64,000 nt of DNA from Anolis carolinensis (taxonomy: Eukaryota), in the NCBI RefSeq assembly GCF_035594765.1, contig NW_026943822.1, forward strand, positions 14,407,769-14,471,768, written 5' to 3'. Of this stretch, positions 53,696 through 64,000 are shown piece by piece (the stretch's first letter is position 1; each line of letters starts with the position of its first letter). The notes below the pieces were generated by a model, which did no database searches, was not told where the DNA came from, and worked only from the letters and a program-made list of their open reading frames with translations. The position numbers and the translations under genes are program-made.

Positions 53696-53714
53696 GGATG
53701 TGATACCTTTATGA

Positions 53715-54300
53715 AACGCACGTGGGTTTCTGCTGCCCAAGAAGGGGAGGGGGCGGGGGCGCGTGGGAGCCGGGGGCGGGGCCTTTCCCGCAAGCCCCGC
53801 CCCTTTCCGCCTCCCATAGAGTCCGATGAGCAGCAGCAGCAGAGTGTCCGAAGAGGAGGCAGCAGCTGATGAAGGCGGAGGGAGAAGTGGGCGGGACTAG
53901 GCGGGAGGGAGGCGGGGCCTGAAGCTCCTCCTCCTCCTCCTTCCAGAGCTGGATCCCCAGCGAAGGCGAGGAAGAGTCCGGCGCCAGGCGCAAGGCGAGC
54001 CCAGGGAGTCTTCTCTTATGTAAAAGCCCCCGAAGGCGATGTGCGAAGTGGGGACGCGCCCGGCTTTCCCTGCCGCCGGAGGAGGAGGAGGAGCGGAGCG
54101 AGGCGGAGGAGAGACCCCGCCGCTGCCGTCCAGCGCCCTCTCGCCCCCGGCGCTGCAGGCGGGCTTGGCCGGCGGAGAGAAGGGCCGAGAGATGGGGTGA
54201 GTGAGCCAGCCGGGCAGCGAAGGGGACCGAAGCGAAGGGAATGGGCGTCCGGAGAGTCCGCTTGGCGGGAGACTTGCTCCTTCTTTCTCCTTCGGAGAAG
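53715..54300 (+). promoter_or_regulatory. HOMER2: CpG-island promoter / first exon, probably HOMER2
   Basis: Multiple GGGCGGG Sp/KLF boxes, CACGTG E-box near 53720, G-run cluster 53744-53781. Confidence 0.75.
54192..54196 (+). CDS. HOMER2: Probable HOMER2 coding exon 1 (ATG GG / GTGAGT)
   Basis: GCCGAGAGATGGG followed by a consensus GTGAGT donor. Homer genes encode only ATGGG in exon 1, and HOMER2 is divergent from RAMAC in mammals. Exon 2 not seen in the window. Confidence 0.68.
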
Positions 54301-54371
54301 AGCATTCAGCGGCTGAGGGGGAAAAGCAAGGGACCCCAGGCTGTTGGAGCTGGAGTCCAAAATAATAACTT

Positions 54372-54812
54372 TGTGTTGTCGAAGGCTTTCATGGCCGGGA
54401 TCACAGGGTTGTTGTATGTCTTTCGGGCTGTGTGGCCATGTTCCAGAAGCATTCTCTCCTGACGTTTCGCCCACATCTATGGCAGGCATCTTCAGAGGTT
54501 GTGAGGCATGGATAAACTAGGCAAGGAAGGTAAAAATATATATCCAGGGTGTGACAAGAGTCCTTTGTCAGTTGGAAGCCAGCGTCAATGTTTCAGTTAA
54601 TCACCCTAATTAGCATTGGAAAGGTTTGTCTCTTGCCTGGGGGGCATCCTTTGTTCAGAGTCATTAGCCGTCCTTGGGGCTCCTCTGCCCTCAGAGTGTT
54701 TCTTCCCATCTACTGGTCTGATTTTTGAGGTTTTTAATACTGGTAGACAGATTTTGTTCATTTTCATGGTTTCCTCCACATCCACAAGCATGTGGACAAC
54801 TTTAACAGAAAG
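54372..54812 (-). mobile_element. Penelope 3' end with GIY-YIG tail and intact hammerhead (54458-54498)
   Basis: EETMKMNKI.LPVLK remnant. Minus strand reads CTGAAGA..GAAACGTC. Confidence 0.82.
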
Positions 54813-54977
54813 GCTCGCACCACAAAATCCACAGCAGCATATTGATACTGCAAACATAATACCTGAAGCAGAGCCATCAATAAAGAAATTATAAAACATT
54901 TGCCGCTTACCAGAAGAAGGGTTACCGAAACTGGGATAAAACCCGGGAACCAGTTGTAAACGGCATAAACGGATATA

Positions 54978-55625
54978 CAGTAGAGTCTCATTTATCCAAC
55001 ATAAACGGGCCGGCAGAACGTTGGATAAACGAATATGTTGGATAATAAGGAGGGATTAAGGAAAAGCCTATTAAACATCAAATTAGGTTATGATTTTACA
55101 AATTAAGCACCAAAACATCATGTTATACAACAAATTTGATAGAAAAAGTAGTTCAATACTCAGTAATGCTATGTAGTAATTACTGTATTTACGAATTTAG
55201 CACCAAAATACCACGATATACAGTAGAGTCTCACTTATCCAACACTCGCTTATCCAACGTTCTGGATTATCCAACGCATTTTTGTAGTCAATGTTTTCAA
55301 TATATCGTGATATTTTGGTGCTAAATTCGTAAATACAGTAATTACTACATAGCATTACTGCGTATTGAACTACTTTTTCTGCCAAATTTGTTGTCTAACA
55401 TGATGTTTTGGTGCTTCATTTGTAAAATCATAACCTAATTTGATGTTTAATAGGCTTTTCCTTAATGCCTCCTCATTATCCAACATATTCGCTTATCCAA
55501 CATTCTGCCGGCCCGTTTATGTTGGATAAGTGAGACTCTACTGTATTGAAAACATTGACTACAAAAATGGCTTGGATAATCCAGAAGCTTGGATAAGTGA
55601 AGCTTGGATAAGTGAGACTCTACTG
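54978..55625. mobile_element. TA-MITE with an oppositely oriented copy of itself nested at 55221-55543
   Basis: Four TIRs with TA flanks. Confidence 0.9.
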
Positions 55626-56034
55626 TAGTTTTGCCTTACATTGTTGTTGCAAACATCTGGCATACAGCAAAGAACAACATTTTAGTATAGTTGCCTTCAC
55701 AGTTGGCCATTGTGTTGAAAGCGGCTCAATCCAACTCGGCATACATGTCAGAGATGCACCCAATGCCCAACAGCTTTTGGGGATGCAAATTTAATAAGAT
55801 AGAAAGAGGAAGTAAACAAGCCCACACAGCACTTTTGTTTGCCAAGATTGACACAGGTGGCAGTTCCCTTTTTTAAAATTTCCCTTTATGTACTGCCTGT
55901 TCTCCGATAACGTGGCAGACACAGACCTTTTGTCACCCGCATTTTACCTTTACAGTACTATGAGTGCATGAATGGCCTAGGGCCATTTCATAGGAATGTG
56001 AACCAGAGTCTCTTCAACAGCAGTGGAAAAATGC

Positions 56035-56995
56035 GTTGTCAAAGGCTTTCATAGCCGGAATCACTGGATGTCTGTGAGTTTTTTGGGCTGTCAGGCCATA
56101 TTCCAGAAGCATTCTCTCCTGACGTTTCGCCCACATCTGTGGCAGGCATCCTCAGAGGTTGTGAGATCTGTTGAAAACTAGGCAAGTGCGGTTTATATAT
56201 TTGTGGCAGCATCAGTGGCATTGACCTCCGACTAGGACAGGAAGATTTTAGTACATGAAAAGTGACGGGGAAAAGAAGTCCAAATGCACAAGTGGCTGTA
56301 TGGCCATGTTCCAGAAGCATTCTCTCCTGACGTTTCACCCACATCTATGGCAGGCATTCTCGGAGGTTGTGAGGTTTGTTGGAAACTAGGCAAGTGGGGT
56401 TGATATATCTATAGAACGTCCAGAGTGGGAGAAATCACTCTTGTCTGTTGAAGGCAAGTGTGAATGTTGCAATTGGCCACCTTGATTAGCATTGAATATC
56501 CTTGCAGCTTCAAAGCCTGTCTTATTCCTGCCTGGGGGGAATCCTTTGTTGAGAGGTGTCAGCTGGCCCTGATTGTTTCCTGTCTGGAATTCCTGTTTTC
56601 TGAGTGTTGTTCTTTATTTACTGTCCTGATTTTAGAGTTTGTAAATACAGTAGAGTCTCACTTATCCAACATAAACGGGCCGGCAGAACGTTGGATAAGC
56701 GAATATGTTGGATAATAAAGAGAGATTAAGAAAAAGCATATTAAACATCAAAATAGGTTATGATTTTACAAATTAAGCACCAAAACATCATGATTTTCAA
56801 CAAATTTGACAGAAAAAGTAGTTCAATACGCAGTAATGTTAGGTTGTAATTACTGTATTTACAAATTTAGCACCAAAATATCACAATATATTGAAAACAT
56901 GGACTACAAAAATGTGTTGGATAATCCAGAACCTTGGATAAGCGAGTGTTGGATAAGTGAGACTCTACTGTAATGATAGCCATATTTTGTTCATT
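56035..56995 (-). mobile_element. Two tandem Penelope termini (hammerheads 56118-56158 intact, 56326-56366 mutated) plus nested MITE
   Basis: Repeated terminal sequence 208 bp apart. Confidence 0.75.
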
Positions 56996-58647
56996 TTATT
57001 TTTATTTATTTATTATTTGTTTACAACATTTTTATCTCGCCTTTCTCACCTGAGGGAACTCAAGGCGGCTTACACCAACTGGCAAAACTCAATGCCCAAA
57101 TACAATCAATAAAAATCAACAATGTATCTAAAATGATTAACAGTAATTAATAAAAAAACACATTATACAAGCTTAAAATATATAGCTACTCAATTCCATT
57201 CTTCCAAGAGCCTTGTACGTAGACCTTAGATCAGACCATGTCAAATGTAATGCAGGATAATAAAAAAAAACTACAGTAGAGTCTCACTTAATCATTTGAA
57301 AAAAAAATACAAACAAATTCCGATGCACACTGCACATGTCTTATTTGTAGTGCAAAAACAACAACAAGAAGAAGAACAATGAAAGAACAATACATTATTT
57401 AAAAATAAAAAACAATTTTAACCAACATACATTTATCAGGATTTCAATGGGAAGTGTGGTCTTGCTTCTGGCCAATGAGATAGTCAAGTTAATTAGGATT
57501 GTTGTTGTTGTTGTTGTTGTTGTGTGCCTTCAAGTCATTTCAGACTTTGGGCGAGCCTAAGCCTAAAATTTATTTATTATTTATTTATTTATTTACTGCA
57601 TTTATTTACTACATTTGTATCACACCCTTCTCACCCCAAAGGGCACTCAGAGTGGCTTAAAAATTATATGTACATACAATATATTATATTATTAGCATAG
57701 CACAATATTAGCATTATATATTGCTATATTGAACTATACCACTATACTGTAATATTATTAGTAATATTATATGTAATATAGAATATATAATTGATATTAT
57801 TATATGGTATTATTATTAGTGTTATATTGTATTGCATTATAATATTATCAATATTATATGTATATACAATATATTATATTATAAAACCGAGGGTGGGGGC
57901 CAGGTAAATGACCTTGGAGGGCCGCATCCGGCCCCCGGGCCTTAGTTTGGGGACCCTTGCTTTAACCATTGCAGCACACTGGAGTTGTTTCCATCCTCCT
58001 GCAACATCTTCTCATCCCCTTGATTTCAGCTGAGTACTTTAGCACTAAGGCTGCGATTTCATAAGGACTTTCCGAGCCTAATTCTATGAGTCTTGCTTCT
58101 CAGGAGGATTCTGCTGTGAGCTTTCATTTCTGTGCACATTTCGCTGGAACAAGCCCTACGGAGCACAGTCTCGTTTGCTTCCAAATATGCAGCTCTAGGA
58201 TCAGGCTGACCTTTGCTGGCAGGAAGAAAGTGCCACCTTAATGAATCAGTTGAAGTGAAAAGGCCAAGCGTGACCTCTCAGTGGTAGGACTCAGTGGTCG
58301 GACTCAGTGGTCTGAGTAGGTTCGACCTGCTGATTCCAAAAAATTGCACCAGTTTCCTTCTATCAGCTCTAGTTTTTGAGATACAAAACATGTGGCATCG
58401 TAGTTGCCATTTGCATATTATAAAGACCCGAGAGGCATGTCAAAAGGTCCACATCCCCAGGTTGTGATGAGTTGTAAGGCTCTAAAGGCCACACACCTCA
58501 CACTGCTCTCAACAGTATTGAGAGACCAGAAACGTAGAAAATGAGCCAAATTACACAAGATTTTCAAGTTATTATCAGAGACTTGATTTGAGGTTGCCAC
58601 TCACTCACACGAGTAGCCTTTTTCTCAATCCTGTAAAAAGTCTTCTA

Positions 58648-59670
58648 CCCTGTTTACCCGAAAATAAGACAGCGTCTTATATTATTTTTGCTCCCAAAGA
58701 TGCGCTAGGTCTTATTTTCAGGGGATGTCTTATTCTTCCATCTTATTGTTCAACAAAAAAACCTGAACATTTATTATATACTGTACAGTAGTTGTTATCA
58801 CAAACCAGCATTACCAAACTCTGAATCCTATCAAGAATTTCTTGTTACTACTACCATTACAGTGTTCCCTCACTACTTCGTGGTTCACTTTTTGCGGATT
58901 CGCTGTTTCGTGGTTTTTCAATAACTCTAAAAGACTATTATAAATCATAAAAAAATTACAATTTACAACCTAAGGAAGGGAGGAAGGAGAAGCCAAAGGG
59001 AGAGAAAAGGAGCCCAAGTGGCAACAGGAGGAGAAGGAAGCGATTTATGAACACACAATTGGTTGACAAAGACTTAAAATAGTGTATAACTACAGTAGAG
59101 TCTCACTTATCCAACACTCGCTTATCCAACGTTCTGGATTATCCAACGCATTTTTGTAGTCAATGTTTTCAATATATCGTGATATTTTGGAGCTAAATTC
59201 ATAAATACAGTAATTACTACATAGCATTACTGCGTATTGAACTACTTTTTCTGCCAAATTTGTTGTCTAACATGATGTTTTGGTGCTTAATTTGTGCCGG
59301 CCCGTTTATGTTGGATAAGTGTAACATTCTGCCGGCCCGTTTATGTTGGATAAGTGAGACTCTACTGTACTTAAATAATGTATAAATATTAAAATAAATA
59401 TAGTGTCCCTACTTTGTGGGTTTTCACTTATTGTGGGTGGTCCTAGAGCCTAACCCCAGCAATAAGTGAGGGAACACTGTATTTCTATGTACAACAATCT
59501 ATGGTATATACATTTAACGGTCCTCCATGCTCTGTTCTGTTTGGCGGACATGCTTCCAAACAAAAACTTTGCTAGGTCTTACTTTTGGGGGAGGCCTTAT
59601 ATTTAGCAATTCAGCAAAAGCTCTACTAGGTTTTATTTTCTGGGGATGTCTTATTTTCGGGGAAACAGGG
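58648..59670. mobile_element. Triple nest: Tc2-like MITE > Tigger-like MITE (58860-59479) > TA-MITE (59093-59367)
   Basis: Three distinct TIR pairs, each with TA flanks. Middle TIR is CAGTGTTCCCTCACT. Confidence 0.87.
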
Positions 59671-60198
59671 TATGTATAGTGTTCTGCTCCATTATCATGT
59701 TGTATTCGTATTGATTCGTATTCGTATTATTTCGTATTCATTGTTGCAATGTGTGTTCAGTCTCTACCCCCCCCCCCCCCAAAAAAAAAAAACTACCTGT
59801 GAAATAGCAACATGATGGATTGGAAGTCTAGCCTAATCTCAGAGTCTCATTCACCCGAAGTAAACCCAAATGGTGTCTCTTGCATGTCCTCTCAAGTGAG
59901 CATACGACAACGGCTTTCCATGGTAACTGGCTCTCTTGACAGAGTTGGAATGTTGGATGGTTTTATTACTGGGAAGAGAGGTGTGTTGTGACTATGGGAG
60001 AAAAGCACAGGCGTACTGTTGAAGAGTTGACCCCCTCAGTGTAAGGATTAGATGTGCCTTTTGGGTTATTGGCAGAGTTTATTTATTTATTTACAGTATT
60101 TATATACTGCCCGTCTCACTCAGGGCACATCACAGAACATACATATGAGGCAAACATTCAATGTCGTTTATATACAGACAAGACAGACAATTGTACAT

Positions 60199-60481
60199 AA
60201 AAAGGTAAAGGTTTCCCCTGATGTTAAGTCCAGTCATGTCCGACTCTGGGGGTTGGTGCTCATCTCCATTTCTGAGCTGAAGAGCCGGTGTTGTCCGTAG
60301 ACACCTCCAAGGTCATGTGGCCGGCATGACTGCATGGAGCGCCGTTACCTTCCCGCCGGAGCGGTACCTATTGATCTACTCACATTGGCATGTTTTCGAA
60401 CTGCTAGGTTGGCAGAAGCTGGAGCTAATAGCGGCCGCACACGTCGCTCCCAGGGTTTGAACCTGGGACCTTTCGGTCTGC
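60199..60481 (-). mobile_element. Sauria SINE nested in an L2-tailed SINE
   Basis: Sauria body with SINE2-like sequence on both sides (60078-60555). Confidence 0.8.
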
Positions 60482-62066
60482 AGGCCTGGGCTGTGGCGCA
60501 AGCTGGTGAGCAGCCAGCTGAGACCAATCACTCTGACCAAGAGGTCATGAGTTCGAGACAATGTCGAAGAGATAAACAAACACTATAAAGGTTCAAAACA
60601 TAAAAAGAAATGTGTATATTAGAGCATCTTGCAAAGGCCACAGAAATAGTCAGGCCTCTCTGAGTATAGAGCTATCTTCCTTCTATGTAAAAAGGATAAG
60701 CGAATACTATAAAGTTTCAAAACATAAGTTGCACTATGTAATTCAGAGCACCATATACATACAATATTACCTGAGAGTTAACAACAATAATGAAAATAAT
60801 AAGTACAGTCAACTGTTATAATCCACAGTAGTATCTTCCAGACTGTAATGTTTAAAGGAAACACTGGGGCTCCTACAATTGTACATAGAAAGAGGTATAT
60901 AGAGGCTTTTCCCATCTTCGGCATCTCGGAGGCTTGTGCTCAGTTCCGGCCACGGGCAGGTGCTGTCGCTCCATCTTCCTACCGAAGAGCTTTGTAAACT
61001 TCCTCCTTGGTCAAGTCGCTGGCATTTTCTGGCATTTCCTGATGGCGCTTTAAAGTATCTCCTCGCATTTAAAAAGCGGTACCTATTTATCTACTCACAT
61101 TTTGCTTTCGAACCGCCAGGTTATCGGAAGCTTGGCTAAAGGACAGGAGCTCACCCTGACCCAGGCTTCGAACTGTCAACCTTTAAGATTGACAAGATTT
61201 ACTGCAGCTGGTGGTTTAACCTGCTGTGCTAAAGCCTGGCCAATTTTGCAACAGTCCACCATGACGACATCTATTAAAATAACTTCGTGTACAGACTTGA
61301 GCACAAGGTGAGCAACATGCCATCCTCCAAATGTTGTTGGATTCCAGTTTTATTGGCTATGCTGGCAAAAGATGTGGGAGTGGCTATCCAACACAGTTTG
61401 GAGGGGCACATATTGTGCATTAGCAATTGAAACTTTCCATGGCATAGAGATTAATGTCTTAGCCACCTTAAGGTGCATAGAATTCACCTGTGAAAAGTGT
61501 GAGTAAATTTGGGTAGGCGGTGTGCAGAATATCCTAATTTAAGAAATCCTGAATAAGAGTGATTGCCAGTCTGCTCACGACACAGTTTTGCTTCTTAAAT
61601 ACATAAGTATTTTCCACTCCTTCCCTTTATGGAGTAGGATCAAGGATATATTTTGTTCCAATTACTTTACTTATGTGTTTTGGGAGAAGAGTGGCTGCTT
61701 CCAAGGTCGATTGAAGAGGCACAATCCAAGGGCAGCCGGCAACGCAAGTCCAGCAGCTGAGGTTTTTCCATGTTCTTTCAGATAAAGAGGAGATATCATG
61801 GCTGTTATCTTTCATGTATTGTCTAAAGGAAAGTGTGAAGTGAGTGACTAGTTCATGCCATAGTTTCACTATGTACAAAAACACACAAGGCACAGCCTGT
61901 CCAAAGAGAGATTGCAAGAGAGCTTAAAGTATCCTGAATGTTTAAACCCAACAGCTTTTACCACCGGGAAGATCCTCCTAATATTTAGTTGGGATCTCTT
62001 TTCCGGAAGTTCTATTGCTCCATGCATCTACACCAGGCATGGGCAAATTTCGGCCCTGCAGGTGCT

Positions 62067-62105
<39 letters not shown>

Positions 62106-62449
62106 CAGCATTTATATTCCGCCCTTCTCACCCCGAAGGGGACTCAGGGCGGATCACATTACACATATAGGCAAACATTCAAAGCCTTTTAACATAGAAC
62201 AAAGACAAACAAACATAGGCTCCAAGCGGGGCTCGAACTCATGACCTCCTGGTCAGAGTGATTCATTGCAGTTAATTGCACTGGCTTGCTCTCCCGCCTG
62301 CACCACAGCCCGGACTTTTGGACTTCAGCTCCCATAATTCCTAACAGAATTGTTGGAGTTGAAGTCCAAAACACCTGGAGGGCCGAAGTTTGCCCATGCC
62401 TGATTTACACTATAGAATTAATATACATTGACACCCCTTAAACTGCATT

Positions 62450-63040
62450 GGAGCCCCTGGTGGTACAGCGTGTTAAACCGCTGAGCTGCTGAACTTGCGG
62501 ACCGAAAGGTCGCAGGTTCAGATCTGGGGAGCGGAGTGAGCACCCACTGTTAGTCCCAGCTTCTGCCAACCAGAAGATATATAAACCCCACTTCCTGGGG
62601 CCCCAGTGGCGCAGCATGTTAAAGCGCTGAGCTGCTTAAGTTGTGGACCAAAAGCTCGCAGGCTCAGATCTGGGGAGCGGAGTGATCACCCACTGTTAGC
62701 CCCAGCTTCTGCCAACCAGAAGATATATAAACCCCATTTCCTGGGACCCCAGTGGCGCAGCATGATAAAGCGCTGAGCTGCTTAACTTGTGGACCAAAAG
62801 GTCGCAGGCTCAGATCTGGGGAGCGGAGTGAGCACCCACTGTTAGCCCCAGCTTCTGCCAACATAGCAGTTTGAAAGCATGCAAATGTGAGTAGATCAAT
62901 AGGTACCGCTCTGGCGGGAAGGTGTTCCATGCAGTCATGCCACATGACCTTGGAGGTGTCTACGGACAACGCCGGCTCTATGGCTTAGAAATGGAGATGA
63001 GCACCAACCCCCAGAGTCGGACACGACTGGACCTTTACCC
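62450..63040 (+). mobile_element. Sauria SINE with triplicated 5' head
   Basis: tRNA-like heads near 62450, 62596 and 62742, with a single 3' body. Confidence 0.82.
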
Positions 63041-64000
63041 TAAACTGCATCGGCTCGGTTCTATAGAATTCTGGGATTTATAGTTTGGTGAAGTTCCCAC
63101 ACTCTTTGGCAAAGAAGGTAAAAAAACACCCTGGTACAACTACAACTCTGATGATTCCATAACATCGAGCCATGGCAGCTATTTTGGTGTCAAACTGCAT
63201 TAATTCTACAGTAAATGCACCCTTAGACAGACAGAGACTCTGAAACACCCCAGATGATAATGGATGACAATTTCAAAGTCAGGCGTGAACGCAATAAATA
63301 ATAATAAATACCCCCAGTAACCAACCCATTGAACATACAAAATCTATGCCGTCATAGCCTTTTATCCTTTACAATTTTATCTTGTAAATCTCCTAGAGCA
63401 TTTTGGATGGAGGGCGATTAATAAGTAATTAAATGATGATGATGATGATGATGATGATGATTCATGATCACTGGCTATGCTGAGTGATGGGAGCTGGTGT
63501 TCCAATAGGCCTGGAAAGTGGCTATCAGTTGCCGAAAGCTATACATAGGCAATATGCATTATTTGGTACAGATTTTGCACATCTAGCTTAGAGAATAGCA
63601 TTTAATATTCCAACTTGTTTTTGATTCCTGTCCCATCCCCTCTACATTTTAAAATATACCGTACAACCTCTGAGGATACCTGCCATAGATGTGGACAAAA
63701 CGTCAGGAGAGAATGCTTCTGGAGCATGGCCATACAGCCCAGAAAACTCACAACAACCCAACGTTTAGAAAATCATCGCAATATTTGGAATACTTGAAAT
63801 GATGTTTGCGTTGCTCCACCCGTTTAGAAGCACCTGCTGTTGTGAGCGCTGCAAGGCAAAAGGTATTTGCTGGATGTTCACATTTGTGTGGGTTGGTTCC
63901 GTTTTAGAAGGTTTCCACATGCAAACCGATGAAATCTATTTTCCGTTCCACCCACGATATGGATATCTGTGTTTTGAGCACATTGTTCTCTTCCACCTTC

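Noticed and set aside
50735-53740. Long ORFs (294-364 aa) and a CRISPR-like look in the 53-bp array
   Set aside because: The ORFs are translations of satellite DNA. Units are contiguous without unique spacers, there are no cas genes, and the DNA is eukaryotic.
53709-54489. 198-aa and 157-aa minus-strand ORFs
   Set aside because: GC-rich CpG-island frames that start in TE-derived or adjacent sequence, with no recognisable domain.
54500-64000. HOMER2 exon 2 (EQPIF.. EVH1)
   Set aside because: Not recognised; intron 1 probably extends past the window, so the gene name remains partly syntenic.

Overview
Vertebrate genomic DNA, almost certainly a squamate and probably an Anolis-type lizard, judged from Sauria-type SINEs, Penelope, R4/Dong, CR1, L2 and abundant DNA-transposon MITEs. 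It carries the conserved gene block TM6SF1(-, coding exon 1 only), BTBD1(+, complete, 8 exons, 485 aa), C15orf40(+, complete, 4 exons, 119 or 137 aa), RAMAC/FAM103A1(-, complete, 156 aa) and probably HOMER2(+, CpG-island first exon ATGGG/gt, named partly from synteny). Intergenic and intronic DNA is very TE-dense with deep nesting, and there is one 136-N gap. Main observations: (1) RAMAC has an internal duplication of its RNMT-activation segment and lacks the human Ser36 phosphosite; (2) Penelope termini scatter many minimal hammerhead ribozyme motifs; (3) a 2.8-kb 53-bp satellite with a TGCATGCA core abuts the HOMER2 promoter; (4) C15orf40 has an in-frame upstream ATG encoding a mitochondrial-presequence-like leader; (5) a tail-to-tail hAT pair carries amplified CR1 3' ends; (6) a TA-targeting MITE repeatedly nests in itself. 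Gene and repeat names come from recall, not database searches.
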